From Candidatus Micrarchaeota archaeon (GTDB lineage Archaea; Micrarchaeota; Micrarchaeia; Norongarragalinales; Norongarragalinaceae): a stretch of DNA of 64,000 bases. Positions 45,484-55,029 of the stretch are shown piece after piece. Below the pieces are notes generated by a model. The model saw nothing but the letters and a program-made list of their open reading frames with translations. It was not told the DNA's origin and ran no database searches. How positions within the stretch are numbered: position 1 is the stretch's first letter; every line of letters starts with the position of its first letter. The stretch lies in the NCBI GenBank assembly GCA_037444485.1, contig JBBIMI010000003.1, positions 1,461 through 65,460 on the forward strand, in the 5' to 3' direction. The position numbers and the translations under genes were made by a program.

Positions 45484-46833
45484 ATGACGTACTCGAAGAA
45501 AACGCGCGAGTTGCTTGAAGAAAAAAACATTGTCGAAGGAGAACGGCTGCGCGTCGTAAAAGGAAGAAACGTTTTCGAAGGCGTTCTGTTACCGCATCCT
45601 GAAGCTAGTGATGCGAGTCCGGACGCGCTTATAATCAAGTTGGATTCCGGGTACAACGCGGGAATAAAACTCGAGGCCGGGGTTACAGTCGAAAAGCTCG
45701 CCTCAAGAAAACTCGCTGCCCCAGCAAAAGAAAAACCAGTAGTTGTTTCAACTGCGGAAAAACCGCGAAACGCGCGGCTGCCCAGCGTTTCACTAATTAC
45801 AACTGGCGGGACTGTTTCGAGCAAAGTTGATTACGAGACAGGCGGCGTGAGCATGCTCATGACGCCTGAAGAGATTCTTGCGAACGTTCCGGAACTCGCA
45901 CAAGTGGCGAACGTAACGCGCGTCCACTCGCCGTTCCGCATAATGAGTGAGGACGCGACGCACAAGGAATGGCAAAAGATTGTTGTTCTCGCAGCAAAAG
46001 AAGTCAATTCAAGCGACTCGCAAGGCGTAGTAATCATGCATGGCACTGACACTCTTCACTACACGAGCGCTGCTTTGTCTTTCATGCTCCGCGATTTAAG
46101 CAAGCCTGTCGCGCTCGTCGGCGCGCAGCGTTCACCGGACAGAGGAAGCTTCGATGGCGCGATGAACCTCGCTTGCGCTGCCATCTACGCTGCTTCGCAG
46201 ATTGCTGAAGTCGCAGTTGTTATGCACGAAAGCGAGAGCGACGATTACTGTGCAGCAATTCCTGGCACGAAAGCGCGAAAAATGCATTCTTCGCGTAGGG
46301 ATGCTTTCAAGGCGATTAACGCCGAGCCGCTCGCGCGCATTTCGCCTGATGGCGTGCTTTACGAATTAACTAGAGACTACAGGAAACGCGGTGAAGGAAA
46401 AACGGTTGCGGAAACTGGTTTCGAACCTAGAGTCGCCATCGTCAAGAGTTTCCCGAGTTCGACTCCGGAAATCATTGATTTTTACGTCAGCAAGAAATTC
46501 AAGGGACTGGTGGTTGAAGGGACTGGATTAGGCCACGTTCCCACCAGCACGCTTGACGAGAAAGACAGTTGGCTGCCAGCAATCAAACGCGCTATCGACG
46601 AAGGCGTCATTATTGCTATGACCACGCAATGCATTTACGGGCGCGTGCACCCGCTGGTTTACGCAAACGCGCGTTTGCTTCAAGAAGCAGGCGTCGTTTA
46701 CTGCAGCGACATGACGAGCGAAACTACTTTCGTGAAACTCGGTTGGCTGCTAGCAAAATTCAAGAAAACAGAGGAAGTAAAAAAAGAGTTGTTGAAGAAC
46801 TACGCGCGTGAGATAAGCGAAAGAATAACTTGA
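45484..46833 (+). CDS. gatD: glutamyl-tRNA(Gln) amidotransferase subunit D (asparaginase-like)
   Basis: 449 aa; N-terminal GatD-specific domain, asparaginase motifs ITTGGTVSS and IMHGTDTL. Confidence 0.9.
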   Translation: MTYSKKTRELLEEKNIVEGERLRVVKGRNVFEGVLLPHPEASDASPDALIIKLDSGYNAGIKLEAGVTVEKLASRKLAAPAKEKPVVVSTAEKPRNARLPSVSLITTGGTVSSKVDYETGGVSMLMTPEEILANVPELAQVANVTRVHSPFRIMSEDATHKEWQKIVVLAAKEVNSSDSQGVVIMHGTDTLHYTSAALSFMLRDLSKPVALVGAQRSPDRGSFDGAMNLACAAIYAASQIAEVAVVMHESESDDYCAAIPGTKARKMHSSRRDAFKAINAEPLARISPDGVLYELTRDYRKRGEGKTVAETGFEPRVAIVKSFPSSTPEIIDFYVSKKFKGLVVEGTGLGHVPTSTLDEKDSWLPAIKRAIDEGVIIAMTTQCIYGRVHPLVYANARLLQEAGVVYCSDMTSETTFVKLGWLLAKFKKTEEVKKELLKNYAREISERIT

Positions 46834-46912
46834 AGCGAATTCTAGCTTCAAACTAATTTCAACAAACTAGTTTTAATTCAACAAACTAGTTTTAAACTAA
46901 TTTAATCAACCT

Positions 46913-48022
46913 TTAAACTAATTTAATCAACCGCGTTCTCCCGCGGTCGCCCTTGCTGCTGTCTTTCTCTTCAGTAACAACTAACCGCTTTAACTCCAAG
47001 AGTTTCAAGCACTCGCGGAGAGTCCGTTCGCTCGCAACCCCTTCAAGCAACGAGTACAACTCGCCGCTCTCCAACGGCTTTCCAGCCTCGCGCAACACGC
47101 TTAATACGCTTTCCTCTAAACGCGTCAAGCCCACCAACCGCTTTTCTTTCGACGCATTCAACACTTCCTGCTCGAGAACAGCTTTCCTCGCGTCTGCAAG
47201 CTCAACGACGCACGCGCCCCGCTGTTCAGCATTGCGGCCAGCGTCGTAAAGCGCTTGCAACGCTACTCTCGCGTCCCCGCCTGCCTTCGCGCCGCACGCT
47301 GCACATAAAGCAAGCGCTTCCTTAGACAAAGCGTTTTCGAAAAACGCGGTTGCAGCGCGTTCTAGTAGAATTTGTTTGAGTTGAAGAGGTGAGTACTGCT
47401 TGAACTCGAGCGTCGCCGGTTGAAGCGAGCTTCTCGCGCGCGCGTCGAGTTTTGAAAGCAATTGCGCGTCGTTTGAAACCAGTATTTGCGTGAAGCTCGC
47501 GCCTGAAAGTTCTTTCGCGCGAGCTAAGTCGTACAACACGCGGTCGTTTCCAACGTGCAGCAAGCGGTCGACCTCATCTAGAACCACGACAGCGTTTCTC
47601 CTTGAAATCCGTACAGCTGCAGTAAAACGCTCGAACACTTCGTCTGCAGCTAGCCCGCGGCGCGGAAGCGGTTCTTCAGCAAGAAAAGCGAGTTGCGAGA
47701 AAACCGCGTGGCGGGTCGAATGCTGCCAACAGTTAACGTAGAAACACCACGCTTTGTCGCTGTAGTCACTTAAATCGCGTAGCGCGCGGCGAGTGCTCGC
47801 AGTTTTTCCGCTTCCGGGCGGTCCAAACACGAAGAGGTTGCGTCCTTTCGCGCCAACGCTTTCAGTAATCGGGCGCAGCGCGAGCGCGATTTGAGTTAAC
47901 TCGTTTTCGCGGCCTGGAAGCGTTTCAGGAATAAATTCGGGTTTGAGTGCGTCCTCGTTCGCGAAAACGCCTACGCGTTTTTCAGGCAGCGTAGAAAAAA
48001 CGTTTGGCGTGACGTTCGACAT
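46913..48022 (-). CDS. orc1: Orc1/Cdc6 replication initiator
   Basis: 369 aa; Walker A FGPPGSGKTAS, Walker B VVVLDEVD, sensor motifs, C-terminal winged helix. Confidence 0.85.
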   Translation of the reverse strand: MSNVTPNVFSTLPEKRVGVFANEDALKPEFIPETLPGRENELTQIALALRPITESVGAKGRNLFVFGPPGSGKTASTRRALRDLSDYSDKAWCFYVNCWQHSTRHAVFSQLAFLAEEPLPRRGLAADEVFERFTAAVRISRRNAVVVLDEVDRLLHVGNDRVLYDLARAKELSGASFTQILVSNDAQLLSKLDARARSSLQPATLEFKQYSPLQLKQILLERAATAFFENALSKEALALCAACGAKAGGDARVALQALYDAGRNAEQRGACVVELADARKAVLEQEVLNASKEKRLVGLTRLEESVLSVLREAGKPLESGELYSLLEGVASERTLRECLKLLELKRLVVTEEKDSSKGDRGRTRLIKLV

Positions 48023-48119
48023 GAAAATAGTTTAAAGTATTAAGAATTAAAATAAATTGCTTGAAGGTTAAGGTTAAAGGTTGAAACCCAAAAAATATTT
48101 TTAATTATTTATAAATTAT

Positions 48120-48317
48120 TTAAATAACTTATGCTTAAAGGCGCTGGATTCCGGCATGTTGCCGGGCTTGGCGGCTGGCGCCGCCATCAGCGCGCGTAAC
48201 GCGCGCGAAACGCTGCACCTACAAAAAACCGGCAAACAAGTAAAGCGAAACAATTTGATTCATCCGTAGTTGCGTTGCCTGAACTCGCGGAATTCTCAAC
48301 CAAACACGTTAAAATTA
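48120..48317. repeat. copy A of ~198-bp GC-palindrome-rich intergenic element (94% identical to 53892..54092)
   Basis: Direct comparison of the two loci: identical 117-nt core ggcggctggcgccgccatcagcgcgcgtaacgcgcgcgaaacgctgcacctacaaaaaaccggcaaacaagtaaagcgaaacaatttgattcatccgtagtt; contains hairpins GGCGGC-tggc-GCCGCC and CAGCGCGCG-taa-CGCGCGCG. Confidence 0.85.
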
Positions 48318-49013
48318 TTTAAGTTTACTTTCTTGTTCTGGCCGCGCGTACTCTTCCTCGAAAACCACTTTCTTTAACTCTGGCACGAACTCTAAAGCGA
48401 ACGCGATTGCGCGAAGCTTGCGCGCGACGAAATCAGCGTTTTTCACTGTTTTCGCATCCACGGTCACGCGCGCCACTCCCTCCTTGAAAGAAACATTTTC
48501 AGCCTTCACGCCGAACGCGCCGAGCGCGTCTTCAAACAACGCTGCGAGCTTCTCTTCCGGCTTCTTGAATACTTCCATTACAGTGAAATCGTAATGCAAG
48601 TCTATTCCCGCGAGCTCGTGGTTGAAGTCAACGCGCACGCGACCGCCGCTAACGCTTTGAACGCGCGCCAGCACGCCGTCGATGTCGAGCGTCATTCCAG
48701 CAACCGGAGTCACTCCCTGTTCTATAAACTTTTGCAACGGAATCAAACGCACGAGATTAGGATTACGTTCGCCGAACCCTGCATCGCGCGGCACGTCCAC
48801 GCTCTTCCTCACGCCTTTTTCCGCGCCCACCACCGCAGCGTCGAGTCCCTTCACTAACTGGTTTTTGCCTGCGACTACGAGAACTGGTTTGCCGCCGCGA
48901 GTAGAGTCGAATTCTCTTCCATCACTCGTCTTTCCAGAGTAATCGAGTTTTACGAAGTCTCCCGTGTTTACTATTGTTGGTGTTGTTGAAGCGATTTTCA
49001 TCACCTTTTTCAC
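48315..49013 (-). CDS. FKBP-type peptidyl-prolyl cis-trans isomerase (long archaeal FKBP with IF/chaperone insert)
   Basis: GDFVKLDYSGKTSDGREFDST...PVLVVAGKNQLVKGLDAAVVGAEKGVRKSVDVP FKBP signature; 232 aa. Confidence 0.85.
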   Translation of the reverse strand: MKKVMKIASTTPTIVNTGDFVKLDYSGKTSDGREFDSTRGGKPVLVVAGKNQLVKGLDAAVVGAEKGVRKSVDVPRDAGFGERNPNLVRLIPLQKFIEQGVTPVAGMTLDIDGVLARVQSVSGGRVRVDFNHELAGIDLHYDFTVMEVFKKPEEKLAALFEDALGAFGVKAENVSFKEGVARVTVDAKTVKNADFVARKLRAIAFALEFVPELKKVVFEEEYARPEQESKLK

Positions 49014-49723
49014 GCGCTTGAGTTTAAAGAATTTGAAGCGTTTGCAGAAGCGTTTTGCGTCGAATTCGCGGTAATCACTTCCATAGCAGGTTGCGTTACT
49101 GTGGGCGGCGAGGGAGTCGGAAAGTATACTTGTTCCACGCGGAGTTCTGAAACTTCTTGCAGCTTGTCGCCCAAGAAAACCATTTTGCCAACCAATAACA
49201 ACTTCAGCGTTTCATTAACTTGCGCGCTCGCGTCAATCGCGCCATTCAAGCCGCGTGAAAAAACGCTTGCTTCCACGTTCTTCGACGCGCCGAGCGAAGT
49301 CGAGCTCTTGAAGCTTAAAGTCTTGTCAGTCAAGCGAAGGGTTGCGCTGCGTAGAACGCGGTAGTCGCTGCATTTCGGCGCGAGTTCCTCGTTCAACCTC
49401 GTTATCGCCGAATCAGCTTGCGACTCGTTGAAAGCCAACAATGTAATCAAATCTGAAAGTTGTTTCGAATCAGTTATTCCAGGTATTTTGGAGTAGAAAT
49501 CTTGCGGCAGCGGGACCGACGCGTTACAGTAAGCAAGACCTTGGTTCGAGAAAGAAACTACTACGCCGTTCGCAATCGCGCTGCCTTCAAACAGTTCAGC
49601 TTGCGGTGTTGGCGAAACGCTTGCTTGCTGGGAAACAAACATTAAGGGCCAAAAGAATTCAATAACGAAAAACACTATCAATGCGATGGTGCCCCAGTAA
49701 ACCAAGTTTTTGTTTAAAGCCAT
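49010..49723 (-). CDS. hypothetical N-terminally membrane-anchored extracytoplasmic protein
   Basis: 237 aa; TM LVYWGTIALIVFFVIEFFWPLMFV then Ser/Thr/Asn-rich domain; no family recognised. Confidence 0.5.
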   Translation of the reverse strand: MALNKNLVYWGTIALIVFFVIEFFWPLMFVSQQASVSPTPQAELFEGSAIANGVVVSFSNQGLAYCNASVPLPQDFYSKIPGITDSKQLSDLITLLAFNESQADSAITRLNEELAPKCSDYRVLRSATLRLTDKTLSFKSSTSLGASKNVEASVFSRGLNGAIDASAQVNETLKLLLVGKMVFLGDKLQEVSELRVEQVYFPTPSPPTVTQPAMEVITANSTQNASANASNSLNSSA

Positions 49724-49906
49724 TTTTTCTTCACACTAACTTTTTCTTCACACTAACTCAATCCAACTTTTCTTCACACTAACACGGCAGACATGACTCA
49801 GCGCATAACTCAGTGCAACTCTTGTTTTACTTGTTTTAGTAACTCTTGTTTTACTTAACTTGGTCTTGACTCGTTTCGCTTGACTTGGTTTTATTAACCC
49901 TCGATT

Positions 49907-50401
49907 TTATTGGTTTAAGAGAGAGTCGAACGCTCCTGCCTCGAGTTCCTTCAACGCTTGTTTCGCTGGCTTGCCTTCAACTTGCGCGCCCATGCTAACG
50001 CAAGTTCCGAGAACCTCTTTCACCGCTTTCTTGAGGTTCCGCGCGAGGAATGCGTCACCCTTCATTCTCGCGATTTTAACGCATTGTTGCATCGAGAGGC
50101 TTCCGATAGGTTTTTTACCCTTCACTCCAGGCTCTTCTTTTACTGGAGCTGTTAATCCGAGTTCTTTTTTTATGAGCGCGCTTACTGGCGGCGTGCCTAC
50201 TTCAATTTCGAAACTCTTTTTTTCTCTGTCAACGATTACTTTCACTGGAACCTGTATTCCTGTAAACTCTTTAGTTTTTTCATTGATTTCCGCGATTACT
50301 TGCCCAACGTTCACGCCAGTCGGCCCCAAGCCCGGCCCCAGCGGCGAGCCCGCAGTCGCTTTTCCGCCTTCAACGAGCGCTTGAATAATCGTTTTAACCA
50401 A
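49907..50401 (-). CDS. rpl11: 50S ribosomal protein L11
   Basis: 164 aa; ...ALVEGGKATAGSPLGPGLGPTGVNVGQV... L11 N-terminal domain consensus. Confidence 0.9.
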   Translation of the reverse strand: MVKTIIQALVEGGKATAGSPLGPGLGPTGVNVGQVIAEINEKTKEFTGIQVPVKVIVDREKKSFEIEVGTPPVSALIKKELGLTAPVKEEPGVKGKKPIGSLSMQQCVKIARMKGDAFLARNLKKAVKEVLGTCVSMGAQVEGKPAKQALKELEAGAFDSLLNQ

Positions 50402-50463
50402 TTTTTCACCTCGAAAAACCCTGAAGAGTGTTTTGGGTGCGAAAGACAGCGGACAGCAATCGC

Positions 50464-50898
50464 TTACTGCGGCAAGACTTTAATAGTACTGAGTTTTATG
50501 GTTACAGGAATAGGCACCGCGACTTCAACGAGTTCAACTGTAACGTCTTCCTTTTCCTTGTTGATGCGCACCACCTTCGCTTTTTCGCCTTTGAAAGGAC
50601 CGCTTGTAATCTCAATCAAGTCTCCTTTATTTAGTTGGAGTTCCTGCGGCTTGCTTTCAAGCAGTTCCTTGATTTCGCTCGGCGCGATCGCGTGCGGGAG
50701 AATGCCCTTGACGTGCGGAACGCTGGTGACTAGCTTCTTGGCTTCCGCCTCGTTCGGCGATTCGACGATGAGATAGCCTTTCAGGCGCGGCGAGACGATG
50801 AGCGCGTTTACCGGCGAGTGCGACTTGCGCACTTTTTCCTGCAGCAAGTCTGCAACCATTCCTTCTTGCCCTGCGGTGACTCTGTAGGCGAACAACAT
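50464..50898 (-). CDS. spt5: transcription elongation factor Spt5 (NusG homolog; NGN + KOW)
   Basis: 144 aa; MLFAYRVTAGQEGMVADLL NGN start; KOW motif GDLIEITSGPFKGEKAKVVRI; canonical secE-spt5-rpl11 order. Confidence 0.85.
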   Translation of the reverse strand: MLFAYRVTAGQEGMVADLLQEKVRKSHSPVNALIVSPRLKGYLIVESPNEAEAKKLVTSVPHVKGILPHAIAPSEIKELLESKPQELQLNKGDLIEITSGPFKGEKAKVVRINKEKEDVTVELVEVAVPIPVTIKLSTIKVLPQ

Positions 50899-50936
50899 TT
50901 TCTGAAATCAACCTCGCGAAAAACGGTGTCAACGGT

Positions 50937-51140
50937 TTAACGGTTTTTGATGAGGAAAGCAATCATCGAGATTATGAAGCCGACGATTCCGATTACAGCC
51001 ATTCCGATTGCAGTGGTTAAAGCCATTTGCTTGTATTCGGGCCTCCGCGGCTTGTGCGTGATTGCAATCACGCGAAGGCTCTGCTCGTAGAACGAGCGCA
51101 GCCCGCTTTCGACGTTCTGAAAAAACGAGTTGAAATTCAT
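50937..51140 (-). CDS. secE: protein translocase subunit SecE/Sec61-gamma
   Basis: 67 aa, single C-terminal TM (MALTTAIGMAVIGIVGFIISMIAFLI), upstream of spt5. Confidence 0.75.
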   Translation of the reverse strand: MNFNSFFQNVESGLRSFYEQSLRVIAITHKPRRPEYKQMALTTAIGMAVIGIVGFIISMIAFLIKNR

Positions 51141-51179
51141 TTTTCCGCTTGAAACCCCGCTTCATCTCACTCGATGAAT

Positions 51180-52286
51180 TCACTCGATGAATTCGATATT
51201 CAATTCTTCAGCAGCGGCTTGTTCTCCGGCTGGGCGTTCCTTCAATCCCGAAAGTACTGCGAGAACGCGCACCGCATGGTTTTCAAGCTCGTCGTCAATA
51301 GCCGCCCCCCAAATCACGTGCGAGTCTTTCGAAATCTTCGAGCTTATCGCTTGCACCGCAGCTTCAGCCTCGCCGAGAGTCATGTCGCTGCCGCCAGTAA
51401 TGTTTATTAACGCCTTTCCCGCTTGCTTCAAGTCCAAGTCAAGCAACGGCGACGCTAACGCTTTCTCAGCCGCTTGAACAACGCGGTTGCGTTGGTCCGC
51501 GCTTCCCACTTCACCCAACCCGATCATCGCGCTCCCGCTTTTTTCAAGAATCGTGCGCACGTCCGCGAAGTCGAGGTTTACGAGTCCAGGCTTGGTGATG
51601 AGTTCAGTAATGCCTTTCACCGCGTTCGTCAACACGCTGTCAGACACTTTAAACGCAGCATTAAGCGGCAAGTCTGAAACAAACAACAAGAGCTTGTCGT
51701 TTGGAATCGCGATTGTAGTGTCGGCCTCTTTCTTGAGTTTCTCGAGTCCTTCAAGCGCGTTACGCATTCTCTTCGTGCCTTCTGAAGTGAACGGCAGGGT
51801 AACCACGCCGATTACGAGCGCGCCTGCTTCTTTCGCGACGCGCGCGATTACGTGCGCGCTGCCGGTGCCTGTCCCGCCCCCCATTCCACACGTTACGAAA
51901 ACCAAGTCCTTGCCTTGAAGCAAGTCGCGAATCTCTTGCTCTGCCTCGAGTGCAGCAGCCTCGCCGACTTCAGGATTGCTTCCGGCCCCAAGCCCGCGGG
52001 TTTTCTTCTTGCCGAGCAGCAGGCGCTTGTCCGCACTCGTGTTAAGCAAGTGTTGAGCGTCAGTGTTCATGGCGTAAAGCTTTGCGCCAGCGATGCCGAC
52101 TTCAGTCATTCGGTTTATCGTGTTGCTTCCGCTTCCGCCAGTGCCGACTACAACGACTTTCGGCACGCTTTGCTTCAAGAACTCGAGCAGTTCCTCGTCC
52201 TCCTTACTCGCAGGCTTTCCGCCTTCAATTATTGCCGAGTGCTTGTTTTGAAACATGTTGCCGGAGTCTTCCATTCGAATACGCAC
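51180..52286 (-). CDS. ftsZ: cell division GTPase FtsZ
   Basis: [15 protein letters not shown] tubulin signature (GGGTG[ST]G-like), [14 protein letters not shown]; 368 aa. Confidence 0.9.
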   Translation of the reverse strand: MRIRMEDSGNMFQNKHSAIIEGGKPASKEDEELLEFLKQSVPKVVVVGTGGSGSNTINRMTEVGIAGAKLYAMNTDAQHLLNTSADKRLLLGKKKTRGLGAGSNPEVGEAAALEAEQEIRDLLQGKDLVFVTCGMGGGTGTGSAHVIARVAKEAGALVIGVVTLPFTSEGTKRMRNALEGLEKLKKEADTTIAIPNDKLLLFVSDLPLNAAFKVSDSVLTNAVKGITELITKPGLVNLDFADVRTILEKSGSAMIGLGEVGSADQRNRVVQAAEKALASPLLDLDLKQAGKALINITGGSDMTLGEAEAAVQAISSKISKDSHVIWGAAIDDELENHAVRVLAVLSGLKERPAGEQAAAEELNIEFIE

Positions 52287-52350
52287 CTTCTTTTTTTGGT
52301 TTCTTCCCGCTCAAGAGTAAGGGATTTAATACCAAACGCTATTTTATTGA

Positions 52351-53370
52351 ATGAAGGTAGTTAAAAACCCTTGCGTTGCCAGAACGCGTTTCAAAGGCGA
52401 ATCAAAAATGCTGCACGAAGTGAAAAAAGTTTTCGAAAACATTCGCTCTCTCAAGATTCAGGGCGCTGAAAACGTGGCGAGCGCAAGCGTGGACGCGCTT
52501 GCGGCAAGCGCTGCAGCCTCGAAAGCGCGCGACAAGAAGACGTTCGTGAAAGAAGTGCGGCAAACTATTTCCTTCCTGAAAAGCGCGCGGCCAACCGAGC
52601 CAGCGTTACGCAACGCCCTGCGTTTCGTGTTGCTGCAAGTACTGAAAAGCGAAGCGCGAGACGTTGGCGAGCTCAAGTTGTTAGTGCAGCAGGAAGCACG
52701 CGATTACCACAAGCGCTCGCTCGAAACCAAACTCAAGATTGCCGAGTACGGCGCGCGCTTGATTCCAAAAAACGCGAACGTCTTGATTCACTGTCATTCT
52801 TCTACTGTAATGCGCGTTTTAAAGAAAGCGTTCGACGACCACAAGAACCCGACAGTCTACTGCCTCGAAAGCCGCCCGCTTTACCAAGGACGGGAGAGCG
52901 CTGCCGAGTTGAGCGCTTACGGCTTGAATACTGTACTCGCAGTCGACAACGCGAACTCCTGGATCCTCCGCTCCATGCGCGACACTGACTTGGTGCTTGT
53001 TGGCGCTGACGCTATTACCAGTGAAGGCGACTTAATCAACAAAATCGGCACCGCGCCACTAGCGATTGCTGCTAGAGAACACGACAAGAAGCTTTACGCG
53101 TGCAGTGGAACGCACAAGTTCGACCCCCTCACGTTGTGGGGCGAAGGAGAAAAAATCGAGGAACGTGCTGCAAAAGAAGTTTTAAGCAACACTGAAGCAA
53201 GAAAGTGGAAGATAAACAGACGCAAACTCAAAATCATTAATCCCGCGTTCGACTTGGTTGAAGCAAAGTACGTTACAGCGTTCGTCACAGAACTCGGCGT
53301 CATTCCACCACAGAGTTTTCTTTCCGTCGTGTGGAAGGAATTCGAACTCGACAAGAAAGGCACGTATTGA
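52351..53370 (+). CDS. IF-2B family protein (aIF-2B subunit / ribose-1,5-bisphosphate isomerase-like); true start possibly 52408
   Basis: 339 aa; ...VLIHCHSSTV..., ...VLVGADAITSEGDLINKIGT... motifs of eIF-2B alpha/beta/delta family. Confidence 0.8.
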   Translation: MKVVKNPCVARTRFKGESKMLHEVKKVFENIRSLKIQGAENVASASVDALAASAAASKARDKKTFVKEVRQTISFLKSARPTEPALRNALRFVLLQVLKSEARDVGELKLLVQQEARDYHKRSLETKLKIAEYGARLIPKNANVLIHCHSSTVMRVLKKAFDDHKNPTVYCLESRPLYQGRESAAELSAYGLNTVLAVDNANSWILRSMRDTDLVLVGADAITSEGDLINKIGTAPLAIAAREHDKKLYACSGTHKFDPLTLWGEGEKIEERAAKEVLSNTEARKWKINRRKLKIINPAFDLVEAKYVTAFVTELGVIPPQSFLSVVWKEFELDKKGTY

Positions 53371-53542
53371 ATCGCATTGAAATCGCATCAAATTACACTA
53401 AACACGAATTGCTTGAAAAAATTAGTAAAAGAAAGAAAACAACGAGAGTCAGAAAACCTGCAGAAAAATGAGAGAAAAGCGAGAACCTGTGAAAAAAGGC
53501 GAACAAAAACAAAAGCCGAACAAAAACATTTGTTTAACGGGT

Positions 53543-53860
53543 TTAATCACTCCATTTCTTGTCCGGGTGTTTTTTCTTAAGCGACTCTAACAGTGTTTTC
53601 AAGTTTTTTTTAGGCATGCGTTGACAAACGTGAATAAAGCCAGCATAGTCTCCGAACTCCTCGCTCGACAGAAGCTCGTATTTTCCCGCTTTCTTTGATT
53701 TAACGTATTTCTGTAGGCTCCAATCGTTCGGCAGCAACTTTCCGACATGCAGTCCAATAACAGAACGAGATTCATCTTCGTTGACTTTAATCACGTAGTT
53801 CTTGCCATCATGCCGCAGAATCTCGTAAAACCCCATAAAAACCAATCCTCCAGCATTCAA
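53543..53860 (-). CDS. hypothetical protein (105 aa, lower GC than surroundings)
   Basis: ORF only; flanked upstream by copy B of the duplicated element. Confidence 0.4.
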   Translation of the reverse strand: MNAGGLVFMGFYEILRHDGKNYVIKVNEDESRSVIGLHVGKLLPNDWSLQKYVKSKKAGKYELLSSEEFGDYAGFIHVCQRMPKKNLKTLLESLKKKHPDKKWSD

Positions 53861-53891
53861 CCACTCAAAAAATGATTATTTTTTACGCCCA

Positions 53892-54092
53892 TTAAATAAC
53901 TTACGCTTAAAGGCGGAAATTCCGGCACGCTGCCAGGCTTGGCGGCTGGCGCCGCCATCAGCGCGCGTAACGCGCGCGAAACGCTGCACCTACAAAAAAC
54001 CGGCAAACAAGTAAAGCGAAACAATTTGATTCATCCGTAGTTTATGCGTTGCCTGAACTCGCGAATTTCTCAGCCAAACACGTTAAAATAGT
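53892..54092. repeat. copy B of ~198-bp GC-palindrome-rich intergenic element
   Basis: See copy A; differences confined to 5' 40 nt (one 1-nt indel) and 3' 45 nt. Confidence 0.85.
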
Positions 54093-54117
54093 TAAAATAA
54101 ATTATTTCACAATTATT

Positions 54118-55029
54118 TCACGAGAAAACCAAGCTCGCGAAGGCGAGCAACCCCAAGCCAAGCGCATATAGAGAGTAATTCCGCACGCGTTTGAAGACCC
54201 GCGCGTCCTTCCCTAAAATCATTATTTTAGTAACCACCAACCAAAAAACGTCCGCCAGAATAACGAGAACGACGTAAGGAATGAAGAAAACCACTAACAA
54301 TGGCAGGAAACTCACCGCAACCGCAAAGTAAATCAACGTGCTCGCGAGAATTACAGTCTTACGCCTTCCTAAAAGCATGGGGAGCGTCAGCATTCCAGCC
54401 TTGCGGTCGCCCTTCACGTCCCGCAACGTTATCAATAATTCGCGTCCCAAGCCTGAAGCGAAAGCCATCAACGCGAACGCGAGCACGAAAAAATTCAAGT
54501 TAGAGAGCGAGTCTACAAGCGCAGCGTTGCCGTAAACGAATGCGATGCTCATGCTGCTTGCAATGAATGCGTTGCCTAAGAGCGGAATGCGTTTGAGGTG
54601 CGAGTCGTAGAAAATCGAGAGTACTGCGAATGCGAGACCGATTGCAAACGCAGTGTTGTTTACGAGAGTCAAGCTAGCCAAGCCAAGAACGTAGAAAAAC
54701 ATTGCAGAATAAAGCGCGTGCACGCGCTTTATTTTTCCGGAAACCAGTGGGCGGTCGAAACGCTTGTTGGCCTTATCGCTTTGAAAACCAAGGTAATCGT
54801 TAAGCGCAAAAGACGCGAGTACTATGAAGAAAGGCGCGATTGCTGGAATCAAGAATGCAGGCATAAAGCTTTTTGCAGCTATCGCTTCAGCCATTACGAC
54901 CGCAAAAGCTGTTAAAAAAGCGTGTTCGGCGCGAGTCAAACGCCACCAGTTTTTCAAAACGCTCACAAAAACCATGCTCGCAAGTTTTCTCACAAGTTTT
55001 TCCCGTAAACAAGTATCGTCTTGTCCCAC
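54118..55029 (-). CDS. UbiA-family prenyltransferase (digeranylgeranylglyceryl phosphate synthase-like)
   Basis: LNDYLGFQSD (NDxxDxxxD) motif, polytopic 303 aa. Confidence 0.8.
   Translation of the reverse strand: MGQDDTCLREKLVRKLASMVFVSVLKNWWRLTRAEHAFLTAFAVVMAEAIAAKSFMPAFLIPAIAPFFIVLASFALNDYLGFQSDKANKRFDRPLVSGKIKRVHALYSAMFFYVLGLASLTLVNNTAFAIGLAFAVLSIFYDSHLKRIPLLGNAFIASSMSIAFVYGNAALVDSLSNLNFFVLAFALMAFASGLGRELLITLRDVKGDRKAGMLTLPMLLGRRKTVILASTLIYFAVAVSFLPLLVVFFIPYVVLVILADVFWLVVTKIMILGKDARVFKRVRNYSLYALGLGLLAFASLVFS

Noticed and set aside
48120-48317. Duplicated element as an insertion sequence
   Set aside because: Too short (~200 bp) and no transposase ORF in or near either copy; at most a MITE-like or RNA element, so not called as a mobile_element feature.
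53377-53580. 67-aa Lys/Arg-rich plus-strand ORF
   Set aside because: Translation of an A-rich intergenic stretch with internal short repeats (cgaacaaaaaca x2); no RBS or homolog; likely spurious.
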